Origin: Octopus sinensis
Taxonomy: Eukaryota
Direction of reading: 5' to 3'
Assembly: GCF_006345805.1 (NCBI RefSeq)
Contig: NC_043023.1
Coordinates: 13,640,001 to 13,704,000, forward strand
DNA length: 64,000 bases
The position numbers and the translations under genes are program-made. This document shows, in pieces, positions 14,476-26,539 of this stretch (the stretch's first letter is position 1; every line of letters starts with the position of its first letter). The notes beneath the pieces are model-generated. The model was not told the DNA's origin and made no database searches. It was given only the letters and a program-made list of their open reading frames with translations.

Positions 14476-15039
14476 TGCTCCCCAAATTTACTAAATAGTT
14501 ACCCCATAAGCTTCCAAAATTTACCCCAATATTGACCCTTGATTTAAAATCAGCCTATATTGCAACCCTTGTTTTCAAACTGTTATTCACAAATTCAGCG
14601 TTCCCCCAAAATTAGCTGAACTCCCACAACCACACAATACCCCCCACCCCACCAAATTATCCTAAAAGTCATCCCCAGTTTATAATCAGTGTGATCCAAG
14701 ACTTTCAAAATACTATTAAAAATTTCAATGTTCCCCCCAAATTTACTGAATGGATACCCCATATGTTCCCCCCTCACCAATTTGCCCCCAAATCACCCAC
14801 TCTGTTTACAGTTAGCCTACATAGTGAGCCCTGGTTTTCAAACTGTTATTCACATATTCAGCGTTCACCCAAAATTAGCTGAATATGTACCCAGACCCTC
14901 ACCCAAAATTACCTTGAAATCTTAGCCCCAATTTACAGTCAGTATATTTTGGTGACCCATGGCTTTCAAAATATCATTAAAAGACTCACCCCCAAATTTT
15001 CTCCCAGTTACCCCCATGTTCCCACAATTTATCCCGCAA

Positions 15040-16101
15040 TCAGTCTATATCAGTGACTTGCAGTTTTTTTTGTGTATGAGGGTGTGGCGCATTGACCCCG
15101 TTTGTAGATTCTGTCATTATACGTATGCTGTCGACGTCCCCGACGGGTCCCAGCCTTCTGTGTTGCCGGTTACGTGAAGGGCTGGTGGCGTTTTGCCGGC
15201 TGACCTGTCGCCGGGTAGAGTCGGGCTGTAGGCTGGAATCTGATCCGTTGCATCTGTCTCCGTCCGTTGCGTCACTTGGTTCGATGCTTCCCGCGGCGGT
15301 GTTGTGTGTGGCTGCATTTCGATCTGGGCTACCTTGGTTCGAGGATGTTGCGTGGTGGTGGCCACATGGGTGGTCGGCGTCGTGATGTGCACCCGCCCGC
15401 TTCTGCGCATTGCCGTCATCCGCTCTAACTCTGTCGTTAGGGCCGTCGTCGTGGCGAGCCTCGACGCCAAAGCAGCCGTTCCCACCACAACCACCACCAC
15501 CGCCGCCAGCGTTATACCTGTTGGAGTCGTGGTTTCCGTTGCCATGGCAACATCGCTGCCTGTTGTCTGCGCTAATGTTGCAGTTGCCGCTGCCGCAGTC
15601 GTCATTGCATTTGTTATTGTTGTCATGGTTACAAGCGGCGTTGCCCTTCCCGCCGAGTTCCTCGCTGTCGTTGTGGTCGCCGTTTCCGTGGGAACACTGC
15701 ACCGCTTGATGATGATGATGATGACCGCTGTCTGCACTGCTGACACTTCCGCCCCTGAAATGACCACCACCACCACAGCTGTCTGTATCGTCATCACTAC
15801 CACCGCCGCCACCGCCGACGCCGAAGGAGCAGCAATCCATGCTGCAAGTCGTGCTGAGGCTGAGGAAGGCCTTCATCTCCTCGCGGTACTTCGGGTCCAT
15901 CGTCATGCGCCGCGTCGACTGCCGCGGCACGAAGGGCGATGAGCACTTGGCCGTGCCCGACGTGGAGTCGAGCCGGCGGAAACCCCGCAACTTCTTCAGC
16001 TGTTCCAGGGCCTCGGAACTTGTCAGGAACCACCGTAGCTTCCGAAGATTCTCGGGGATGAGTTTGTCGATGGAGTCCTCTTCTGGTTCGTAGCTCTGTT
16101 G
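15040..16101 (-). CDS. Class-V aminotransferase/cysteine desulfurase-like gene, last exon (QQSYEPEEDSIDKLIPENLRKLRWFLTSSEALEQL... plus low-complexity His/Cys/Gly-rich tail)
   Basis: Acceptor ctctacacAG at 16103-16102; phase 0 matches the previous exon; 1062 nt open to TGA; GC-rich. Confidence 0.8.
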   Translation of the reverse strand, partial: QQSYEPEEDSIDKLIPENLRKLRWFLTSSEALEQLKKLRGFRRLDSTSGTAKCSSPFVPRQSTRRMTMDPKYREEMKAFLSLSTTCSMDCCSFGVGGGGGGSDDDTDSCGGGGHFRGGSVSSADSGHHHHHQAVQCSHGNGDHNDSEELGGKGNAACNHDNNNKCNDDCGSGNCNISADNRQRCCHGNGNHDSNRYNAGGGGGGCGGNGCFGVEARHDDGPNDRVRADDGNAQKRAGAHHDADHPCGHHHATSSNQGSPDRNAATHNTAAGSIEPSDATDGDRCNGSDSSLQPDSTRRQVSRQNATSPSRNRQHRRLGPVGDVDSIRIMTESTNGVNAPHPHTQKKLQVTDID

Positions 16102-17649
16102 CTGTGTAGAGGGGGAGAGGCATGGATGGATTGTACAGGAGAGGCATGGGTGGATGGTTTGAAAGAGAGAGAGAGAGAGGGAGGTAGGGGTGGCAGGGTT
16201 GTGAGATGGGAGCATTTTATGTTTGGGGGCCAGTGGGGGAGGGGTGTAGGAAGGTATTGCAGGTAGTAGGTAGGGGTGGGGGTGTGAGGTGGGTTTCGGG
16301 GTGGGTTCAGGGTGGATGTGGTTTGGAGAGGGAGGTGTGTGGTTTGACGTTGGATGAGGATGGTGAAGCGGAGGGGGAGGAGAAAGAGGATATGGAAGAA
16401 CAGAAAGAGGAGAAAGGGGGGGAGGAATAGGAAGGGGAGGAGGAAGAGGACAGGGAGGTGGAAAAGGGGAAGAAGTAGATGTGTGTGTATGGGGGTGGGA
16501 GAGTAATTTGGGGCGGTGATGGTTAAATGGAGTATTATTTAATGTGGGTGGGGTGGTTGATTGTTGGTGTGGATGGCATGGTGGGATTGGCAATTGAAGT
16601 TGTAGGGGCAGGGCAAGGTGTGTGTGTGTGAGAAAGAGAGGGAGGAGGTGGGAATGAAGGAAGAGGAGTGGAAAAAAGGGAAGAAAAAGAAAAAAAGAGA
16701 GAAAACTCATTAATAATTAATAAAAGACAATTAAAGAAATCAATTAGAAAAACTTGATTAGAAGCAATTAAAAAAGAAAACCTGAATTATTTGAAAGTTA
16801 AGGATGATTTGATTGGTTAATAATATGTTGCTATTGTGACAGAAATTTAACCATTTAGAGTTTAAACTGGCCAAATCCAGCTAAACACCACCACCACCAA
16901 CAACAACTGCTGTAGCCACTCTACATAAGGTAAGGTGAGTGGAAGCACTCCGTCGGTTACGACGATGAGGGTTCCGGTTGATCCGATCAACGGAACAGCC
17001 TGCTCGTGAAATTAACGTGTAAGTGGCTGAGCATTCCACAGACACGTGTACCCTTAACGTAGTTCTCGGGGATACTCAGCGTGACACAGAGAGTGACAAG
17101 GCCGGCCCTTTGAAATAGAGGTACAACAGAAACAGGAAGTAAGAGTGAGAGAAAGTTGTGGTGAAAGAGTACAGCAGGGATCACCACCATCCCCTGCCGG
17201 AGCCTCGTGGAGCTTTAGGTGTTTTCGCTCAATAAACACTCACAACGCCCGGTCTGGGAATCGAAACCGCGATCCTGTGACCACGAGTCCGCTGCCCTAA
17301 CCACTGGGCCATTGCGCCTCCACATTAGACAAGGTAGATATAGCCATACACGTGTTTTTGAAGGAGGAGGAGGAGGAGGTGGTGCAGTGAATACTATTGC
17401 TCCTCCCTCTCTGATGAGAGGTCCAATGAGAATTTAGCAAGATTTGAAGACTGAAGTTAAAGGGAGATAATTACTTTTGTAGAACAGTTTAAATTTATTC
17501 AGCAAACGTTTGGCTTTTGAGTAAGTTCATGATTTCTACACACTAAAACAACATATATATATATTATTTAACACACTCACTGGTTCAATTTCCACTCATT
17601 TATTATCTATATTTCTTCTTCCAAATTTTTTGTTGCTTTTGCAACGTTG

Positions 17650-18200
17650 TAAATAGGTGTTATCAAACTTGTCAATAAATTTTGTCAGCCTTGTCAATGG
17701 ATGCTGTCAACCTTGTCAATAAATTTTGTCAATGGATGCTGTCAACCTTGTTAATAGATGTTGTCGACCTTGTCAATGGATGCTGTTAACCTTGTCAATA
17801 GATGTTGTCAGCCTTGTCAATGGATGTTGTCAACCTTGTCAATGGATACTGTCAACCTTGTCAATGGATGTTGGCTCATTTATTATTTATACTTTTCCTT
17901 GTAAAATGTCCGTTGCTTTTGTAACCTTGTCAATAGATTTTGTCAATTCTGTCAATAGATGCTGTCAACTTTGTCAACGGATGTTGTCAACTTTGTCAAT
18001 GGATGCTGTCAACCTCGTCAATTGATTTGTCAACCTTGTCAACAGATGTTGTCAACTTTGTCAATAGATGTTGTCAGCCTTGTCAATGGATGTTGTCAAC
18101 CTTGTCAACAGATGTTGTCAACGGATGCTGTCAACCTTGTCAATAGATGTTGTCAACCTTGTCAATAGATGTTGTCAAATTTGTCAATAGATGTTGGCTC
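17650..18200. repeat. ~22-bp minisatellite (ccttgtcaatggatgytgtcaa)n
   Basis: Read directly; two blocks. Confidence 0.9.
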
Positions 18201-18727
18201 ATTTATTATTCATATTTCTCCTTCCAAAATTTTCGTTGCTTTTCCATCTTTGTCAAAGGATGTCAATGTCCATTGACCAATGAGTGTGTTAGCTAATAAA
18301 GCATTAAGACAATATGACTCCCCAGACACAACAAAAATTGCTTCAGCACATGAGTTCACATAAAGAATCTAGCCAACCAGATAAAAAAAAGCGAAGTTGA
18401 ATATTATTAGATTCTCATAAACTTGACCAATTCCAAAGAAAACAAAGAGCAGACCTGTTTAACGAGGGATACTAATTTGCATAAGCCAAATTCTTGAAAT
18501 CCTAAGCAATATTTGCATTTACCTGAAGATTTACCTTGGATGTGCATTCTACTGACAGCCATTTGTATCTAAACGTTGAACATTTATAACCAAATTCTTT
18601 TAATACTGAATGCTTTATTGATATCTGACAGGAATTTTTCAATCTATTTTACTCCTAACACACACACATATATATATATATTGATGTGCGTCCGCGTGTA
18701 CTGTAAGTGATCCATAACATTTCTTAC

Positions 18728-18781
18728 CTTCAGTTCTCGCTGAGCATCTTGGATGAAGTGGTAGGCTTCGTGAAGGATATC
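18728..18781 (-). CDS. Desulfurase-like gene exon (DILHEAYHFIQDAQRELK)
   Basis: AG/GTAAG boundaries, 54 nt, phase 0-0, no stops. Confidence 0.8.
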
Positions 18782-18882
18782 CTAAGGATGATAATAATAA
18801 TAATAATAATAACATCAAAAATAATGCACACGCATGTACACCAACTTACATAGATACACACACAAACATAATATATATAGAG

Positions 18883-19025
18883 AATACCAAACGAGTTCCT
18901 ATGGATACCGTATTTATTACAACGAGTGGCTTGTAAACGTATCTAACGAGCAAAAGCGAGTTAGATACGTTTACAAGCCACTCGTTGTAATAAATACGGT
19001 ATCCATAGGGAATGAGTTTGGTATT
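18883..19025. repeat. Near-perfect ~143-bp palindrome (MITE-like hairpin)
   Basis: cctatggataccgtatttattacaacgagtggcttgtaaacgtatctaac is followed after a 12-nt loop by its exact reverse complement. Confidence 0.9.
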
Positions 19026-20734
19026 TTATTTATTACACACGAATAAACGACCATATTTAACAAAACCATTCACCTTGATATCGACAACAGTAGCCACCTT
19101 GTTGATAGATCTACCTGCACTGCAAGAGTATTGACGAGCAGACGAAATATGTTGTGATATTTTTGGCAACAAAAAATTGAATTACCACCAGAAATGTTTA
19201 TATTTTATGTGTATATGACTTTAAGTGATATCTGGTATAAAAAGGATAGTATGTTTGGTTAATTACATGGCTACATTCTACCTGCTCGTGAAAGTAATGA
19301 ATGAAGTTTAGTTGTAACTTATGAATGACAAAAGTAGTGCCGTCACCGTGACCTCGGGTCGTCACCATGGCTTGACCAATCAGAAGCAGCGCTCGCAGTA
19401 TCTGACATATGTTAGATACCAAAAATATCTCAAAGTGTTCTCACTCACATGTGTGTAATAAATGTATACAAACACACATATATGTGTATATACACACACA
19501 TATATATGTACATATACAGGTTGCAGACGGTATTTGAGGACACATGTATTTTTAGTCCAGAGTACACAACTGGTACTTAATTTATCGACCCCGAAAGGAT
19601 GAAAGGTAAAGTTGATACCGCTGGAATTTGAACTCAGAACATAAAGACAGACAAAATACCTATTTCTTTACTACCCACAAGGGGCTAAACACAGAGAGGA
19701 CAAACAAGGACAGACAAACGGATTAAGTTGATTACATCGACCCCAGTTCGTAATTGATACTTAATTTATCGACCCCGAAAGGATGAAAGGCAGAGTCAAC
19801 CTCGGTGGAATTTGAACTCAGAACGTAGCGGCAGATGAAATACCGCTAAGCATTTCACCCGGCGTGCTAACATTTCTGCCAGTTTGCCGTCTTTGATAAT
19901 CTTTATAATCATCTCTACTTTAGGCACAAGGCCCGAAAATTTTAGGGGAGGGGCCCAGTTGATTAGATCGATCCCAGTATACAACTGGTACTTAATTTAT
20001 CGACCCCGAAAGGATGAAAGGCAAAGTTGACCCCGGTGGAATTTGAACCCAGAACGTAGCAGCGGGTGAAATGTATAGTGGTATCGATTCTGAAGGCGGT
20101 GAGCTGGCAGAAACATTAGCCCACTGGGTAAAATGCTTAGCGGTATTTCGTCTGCCGTTACATTCTGAGTTCAAATTCTGCCAAGGTCGACTTTGCCTTT
20201 CATCCTTTCGGTGGCGATTAAATAAGTACCAGTTACGTACTGGGGGTCGATATAATCGACTTAATCCGTGTGTGTCTGTCCTTGTTTGTCCTCTCTGTGT
20301 TTAGCCCCTTGTGGGTAGTAAAGAAATAGGTATTTCGTCTGCCGTTACGTTCTGAGTTCAAATTCTGCCGAGGACTTTGCCTTTCATACTTTCATACTTA
20401 CCAGCTACGCATTGGGGTCGATATAATCGACTTAATACCTATGTCTGTCCTTGTTTGTCCCTTCTGTGTTTAGCCCCTTGTGGGTAATAAAGAAATAGGT
20501 ATTTCGTCTGCCGTTAGGTTCTGAGTTCAAATTCCGCCGGGGTCGACTTTGCCTTTCATCATTTCGGGGTCGATTAAATAAGTACCAGTTGCGCACTGGG
20601 GTCGATATTATCGACTTAATCCCTTTGTCTGTCCTTGTTTGTCCCTTCTGTGTTTAGCCCCTTGTGGGTAGTAAAGAAATAAGAAACGATTCTGCCGGCT
20701 TGCCGCCTTAGATAATCTTTATAATGTCACTTAC

Positions 20735-20893
20735 ATCTAGCTGATAATCTCCTTTCAAGGACGACAACCGTGGATTGGTGTTCATGAATTTATCTCCCTT
20801 TAATTTAATGTCGTGAAGGCTGAAGGATGTGCTGCCATAATGTTTCTCAAACTTCTTGTGGGTGTAAGCTCCGGTCTTTGGGTCGCAGACGTA
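20735..20893 (-). CDS. Desulfurase-like gene exon (YVCDPKTGAYTHKKF...KGDYQLD)
   Basis: tttcAG / GTAAGT, 159 nt, phase 0-0, open. Confidence 0.85.
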
Positions 20894-21014
20894 CTGAAAG
20901 GAAACAAGCGGAAGGTATTTTATTTTGATGAATGCTTTTGGGGATGGGTCTGTTTGTGAGCGGGGGTATAAAAAGCACCTGTACTGGTGCTGTGTAAAAG
21001 CATCTGGTAATCAC

Positions 21015-22180
21015 TCTGAAAAGTGGTGGGCATTAGGAAAGGCATCCAGCCGTAGAAACCATATCAAAGCAGACCTCACTGGTGCTGGTGCCACATAACA
21101 AGCACCCAGTACACTCTGTGCAGTGGTTGGCATTAGGAAGGGCACCCAGTACACTCTGTGGAGTGGTTGGCATTAGGAAGGGCACTCAGTAAACTCTGTG
21201 GAGTGGTTAGCATTAGGAAGGGCACCCAGTGCACTCTGTGGAGTGGTTGGCATTAGGAAGGGCACCCAGTGCACTCTGTGGAGTGGTTGGCATTAGGAAG
21301 GGCACCCAGTACACTCTGTAAAGTGGTTGGCATTAGGAAGGGTATCCAGCCATAGAAACCATACCAAAGCAGACCTCACTGGTGCTGGTGTCACATAAAA
21401 AGCACCCAGTACACTCTGTGGAGTGGTTGACCTTAGGAAGGGCACCCAGTGCACTGTGGAGTGGTTGGCATTAGGAAGGGCATCCAGCTGTAGAAACCAT
21501 ACCAAAGCAGACCTCACTGGTGCTGGTGCCACATAAAAAGCACCCAGTACAATCTGTAAAGTGGTTGGCATTAGTAAGGGAACCCAGTACACTCTGTGGA
21601 GTGGTTGGCATTAGGAAGGGCATCCAGCCATAGAAACCATACCAAAGCAGACCTCACTGGTGCTGGTGCCACATAAAAAGCACCCAGTACAATCTGTAAA
21701 GTGGTTGGCATTAGTAAGGGCACCCAGTACACTCTGTGGAGTGGTTGGCATTAGGAAGGGCATCCAGCCATAGAAACCATACCAAAGCAGACCTCACTGG
21801 TGCTGGTGCCACATAAAAAGCACCCAGTACACTCTGTGGAGTGGTTGACCTTAGGAAGGGCACCCAGTGCACTGTGGAGTGGTTGGCATTAGGAAGGGCA
21901 CCCAGTACACTCTGTGGAGTGGTTGGCCTTAGGAAGGGCACCCAGTACACTCTGTGGAGTGGTTGACCTTAGGAAGGGCACCCAGTGCACTGTGGAGTGG
22001 TTGGCATTAGGAAGGGCACCCAGTACACTCTGTGGAGTGGTTGACCTTAGGAAGGGCACCCAGTGCACTGTGGAGTGGTTGGGATTAGGAAGGGCACCCA
22101 GTACACTCTGTGGAGTGGTTGGCATTAGGAAGGGCATCCAGCCATAGAAACCATACCAAAGCAGACCTCACTGGTGCTGT
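21015..22180 (+). repeat. Tandem array of 38-40-bp and ~100-bp units derived from family D
   Basis: (cacccagtacactctgtggagtggttggcattaggaaggg)n interleaved with catccagccatagaaaccataccaaagcagacc units. Confidence 0.9.
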
Positions 22181-22417
22181 GCCACAGAAGGTAATGGTGA
22201 ACTTCTGCTGACTCTTTTGCAACAACTTTCTTTCACTCTTTCCTCCTGCATCTTGCAGCTCACCTGCGACGGACCGGTGTCCTGTCCAGGTGGGGAACCT
22301 ATACGCCAAGGAAACCGGGAAACCGGCCCTTATGAGCCAGGCATGGCTCGAGAAGGAACAAACAATGCCTCCACGTGTGTGTGTGTATGTGTGTGTGGAA
22401 GAAGCTATGTGACTTAC

Positions 22418-22529
22418 CAAGGGAAGTAGCTGCCAGCCAAAGTCTGCTACCATCTTGAGAGCTTTGAGAATGTAGTCGATCGTGGCGTCGTCGTAGAAGA
22501 AAGGTAGGTTAAGACGGGTGAAACCAGGC
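22418..22529 (-). CDS. Desulfurase-like gene exon ((K)PGFTRLNLPFFYDDATIDYILKALKMVADFGWQLLPL)
   Basis: ctccAG / GTAAGT, 112 nt, phase 2-0. The PGxxRLs-like motif is typical of the class-V C-terminal domain. Confidence 0.92.
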
Positions 22530-22752
22530 CTGGAGGGAAGAAAGAGCAGACATTGAGGGACATACACAGGTGTATGCAGTGGTTACGATGGTGAGGTCAA
22601 GTGTGACATTGGAGCCCCATCCTCCCACAGTCTAGAGAACCACATACACAAATGGCTTGCAAACAACTTGCACATGCAAGTGCTACCAGTCAAAAGCTCT
22701 GTATATCGGAAGCCAGCAAGTGTATGGGGTAATCAGGAGAGAATGTGCGCCG

Positions 22753-23232
22753 TTTCGGGGCCTACCTCTCGACGGCATCAATGCGCACCGGTCCCCCTCA
22801 CTGATATGAGGCCCCGCTTGCTAGATCAGCTGGTTATCAAATAAAGTTCAATATTCTTCTAGCCATCGGTCATCGTCTCTTTTTAACCAAATCCAGTGGC
22901 TAGCCTTCTCCATTTCGGGGCCTACCTCTCGATGGCATCAATGTGCACCGGCCCCCCTCACTGATATGAGGCCCCGCTTGCTAGATCAGCTGGTTATCAA
23001 ATAAAGTTCAATATTCTTCTAGCCATCGGTCATCGTCTCTTTTTAACCAAATCCAGTGGCTAGCCTTCTCCATTTCGGGGCCTACCTCTCGACGGCATCA
23101 ATGCGCACCGGCCCCCCTCACTGATATGAGGCCCCGCTTGCTAGATCAGCTGGTTATCAAATAAAGTTCAATATTCTTCTAGCCATCGGTCATCGTCTCT
23201 TTTTAACTAAATCCAGTGGCTAGCCTTCTCCA
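22753..23232 (+). repeat. 3 x 160-bp near-identical tandem repeat, LTR-like
   Basis: Units start at 22753, 22913 and 23073. Each has a cggggcct/aggccccg stem and AATAAA and ends in CA. Confidence 0.9.
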
Positions 23233-23903
23233 CTGTAGATTGGATACCAGTCATGGTGGTATTGACTTTATTTGACTATATATATATATATATATATATG
23301 TAAAAAGCAACATCCGAATTGTGGCCGATGCCAGTGGCGCTTTGACTGGCCCCCGTGCCGGTGGCACGTAAAATGCATCAATCCGATCGTGGCCGTTGCC
23401 AGCCTCGCCTGGCACCAGTGCAGGTGGCACATAAAAAGCACCCACTACACTCACGGAGTGGTTGGCATTAGGAAGGGCATCCAGCTGTAGGAACTTTGCC
23501 AGATAAGACCGGAGCCTGGTGCAGCCTTCTGGCTTCTCAGATCCCCGGTCGAACCGTCCAACCCATGGAGAACGGACGTTAAACGACGATGATGATGATG
23601 ATGATGATATATATATATATAATAAAGAAGCTACGAGCCTTTAATGTTATATATTTTTAGCAATTTTTCTACAATTTCTCATCCTTTTAAAGATTTTCTA
23701 CAAAATCTTAGAAAGAATATTAATTGACCCAAGGGGATTCATACTCACAATCTTCACTTTTGAATACATCACCATTTCTAATGAATTAACAAAAAATTTT
23801 GATATGAAGGGTATAATTATAAATTTTCCCTTATATGGTTTTCAAGCTGTGAAAATACAAACAACAGCAAAAAAAAAAAAAAGCAGGGCAAATTGATACT
23901 CAC

Positions 23904-23936
23904 TTCATGACTTCCAAGGGGGTCCATGTTGAACAA
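23904..23936 (-). CDS. Desulfurase-like gene small exon ((N)CSTWTPLEVM(K))
   Basis: (t)nccAG / GTGAGT, 33 nt, phase 2-2 fits both neighbours. Confidence 0.85.
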
Positions 23937-25016
23937 CTGGAAAAAAAAAAAACATCAAACAAAATAAATAAAAAACAGAAAATAATTATTAGAAATATTA
24001 AATTTCTAAATATCTCATAAAGAAGACCCTGAAACATGCATGTCTCTAGATGCAGGCCTAGCTGTTGGGGGTGTTTGTCTCCCCTTCGTAAATATATGTA
24101 TGGAAGCTCTCCGTCGGTTCCGACGACAAGGGTTCCGGTTGATCCGATCAACGGAACAGCCTGCTCATGAAATTAACGTGTAAGTGGCTGAGCACTCCAC
24201 AGACACGTGTACCCTTAATGTAGTTCTCGAGGAGATTCAGCGTGACGCAGAGAGTGACAAGGCCGGCCCTTTGAAATACAGGTACAACAGAAACAGGAAG
24301 TAAGAGTGAGAGAAAGTTGTGGTGAAAGAGTACAGCAAGGATCACCACCATCCCCTGCCGGAGCCTCGTGGAGCTTTAGGTGTTTTCGCTCAATAAACAC
24401 TCACAACGCCCGGTCTGGGAATCGAAACCGCGATCCTATGACTGCGAGTCCGCTGCCCTAACCACTGGGCCATTGCGCCTCTACATCGTAAATATATAAG
24501 GACACAGGAAATGTGTCAAGGCTGACAGGAAGCGTCAATGCTTCCTAGGGCTAAACAGCAGTGGTGTAATTCCCTTACGGGACTGTCACGTTAAGTTGAC
24601 AGTATACAACCACTCAGAAAATAATTAGAAAAACACAAATAAACGAACACATTACAAATTTTCATCAACATAGCTTTTAATTTAGCTTCTGTTTTTATGC
24701 CTGTTATACTTTTCCCATAATGCCTCAGGTTAGAGGGGTTCTCAACCATTCTTTATCTATGGACCCCTTTAATGATTATTTTCTTTTTGTGCTCCCACCC
24801 CATCGCTATTTAATGTTTAAAAACTACAGTTCTATTTTTAAGAGATGAGGAATTATGTACACTGTTTACATTTGATGGATATTTGTTTTCATCTTGTTTG
24901 TTGTTAACACAACATTTCGACTGATATACCCTCCAGCCTTCAAACAAAATAGAAAAAACACTATGTCATATGTCCATGGGCATATGGCATAGTGTTTATA
25001 TATATATATATATGTA

Positions 25017-25412
25017 TAGGAGTGGCTGTGTGGTAAGTAGCTTGCTTACCAACCACATGGTCCCGGGTTCAGTCCGACTGCATAGCACCTTGGGCAAGTG
25101 TCTTCTACTATAGCCTCAAGCTGACCAAAGCCTTGTGAGTGGATTTGGTAGGCGGAAACTGAAAGAAGCCCGTCGTATATATGTGTATATATATATATAT
25201 ATATGTGTGTTTGTGTGTCTGCGTTTGTCCTCCCATCATCGCTTGACAACCGATGCTGGTGTGTTTACGTCCCTGTAACTTAGCGGTTCAGCAAAAAGAG
25301 ACCGATAGAATAAGTACTAGGCTTCCAAAGAATAAGTCCTGGGGTCGATTTGGTCGCCTAAAGGCGGTGCCCCAGCATGGCCACAGTCAAATGACTGAAA
25401 CAAGTAAAAGAG
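25017..25412 (+). mobile_element. SINE family B (ggagtggctgtgtggtaag...ggttcagtccc...ccttgggcaagtgtctt...ggcggtgctccagcatggccgcagtcaaatgactgaaac); also 28859-29270, 37650-38000(-), 44165-44435, 44715-44965(-), 45783-46585, 48330-48860(-), 50477-50860, 51365-51770, 57846-58160, 60762-61760
   Basis: tRNA-like head with A/B boxes, a central (TA)(TG) tract and a conserved tail; more than 10 copies in the window. Confidence 0.9.
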
Positions 25413-25790
25413 AGTATATATATATACACAAAGAATAGTACCAGTCAATTCTGGTACTATTCTATCAGTATATTTTGCTGAACTGCAAAGTTACAAGGAT
25501 GTAACCAAACCAACACTGGCTATCAAGTGTTAGTGAGGGACAAGTACAATCACACACATAGACACACACAAACATATATAAACACTGGGCTTCTCACAGT
25601 TTCCGTCTATCAAATCCACTCACAAGGCTTCAGTCGGCCCGAGGTTATAACAGAAAACACTTGCCCAAGGTGTCACACGATGGGATTGAACCCAGAACCA
25701 TGTGGTTGAGAGATGAGATGCTTAGCCACAATGTCATGGCTGAATAATTAAGATGTAATTAGAAGCAATTAAAAAGAAGATATTCCTTAC

Positions 25791-25855
25791 TTCTCTTTGT
25801 TATTGATGAATCTTGTGAAGACATTTGCCAGACTCTCAGAGATACCAAGTAACAT
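25791..25855 (-). CDS. Desulfurase-like gene exon (MLLGISESLANVFTRFINNKE)
   Basis: ttctacAG / GTAAGG, 65 nt, phase 0-2; it continues GPYAQ-xLLGI as expected. Confidence 0.9.
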
Positions 25856-26185
25856 CTGTAGAAATAATAATAATAATAATAATAATAATATAATAGTAAA
25901 TAATACTATCAATTCAATAATACAGCCTACAAACACAATACGTACTCTATATAGCAAATATCCAATGAAATAAACTACTACGAGCAGGCTAATTACCCAA
26001 TGCATTACACACAATATATAATACAAATATAATACAAATACAAAAAAACTGCACCACACCCCATAATAAAACAGACAGATACAGTACAATATTGGGAAGA
26101 GTTTGCACCCCCCAACAGTAAAAGAAGAATGCACAATGCTGCACACGTCCCAGCAACATGGAAGTGGAGCAGGTCATGCAGTAGA

Positions 26186-26232
<47 letters not shown>

Positions 26233-26539
26233 TAAAAATAGTTTTCTTATGGTTTCTTAAACATTCTCTAGAACAACACTAAGTACAAAACCAAATATAT
26301 GGCACAATAGGCACAACACCAACTTCTGACTTGTCTATTGAGATCTCTGGGTGAGACTTGGAGCCAACTTGTACAAATGCAAAGCAAAAGTCAGACATAT
26401 AATAATAATAATATTAATAATAATAATAAATGCCCTGATGCAGTGCCAGGCAGTGGCTCTCATGGCTTCTGATCTTAACTGATTGGAAGTATTATCATGT
26501 ACATTATTTTCTTAAATGACCGAAACAAGTAAAAGGGTA

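Noticed and set aside
15117-15942. Overlapping ORFs 15117-15812(-) and 15304-15942(+)
   Set aside because: They are shadow frames of a GC-rich trinucleotide-biased exon; only the 15040 frame joins the upstream exons in phase.
16102-16710. Pro-rich N-terminal 200 aa of the 556-aa ORF
   Set aside because: This is intronic pyrimidine-rich (minus strand) sequence upstream of the acceptor at 16102.
21015-22180. CRISPR-like appearance of regularly spaced short repeats
   Set aside because: There are no unique spacers and no cas genes, and the context is a eukaryotic intron.
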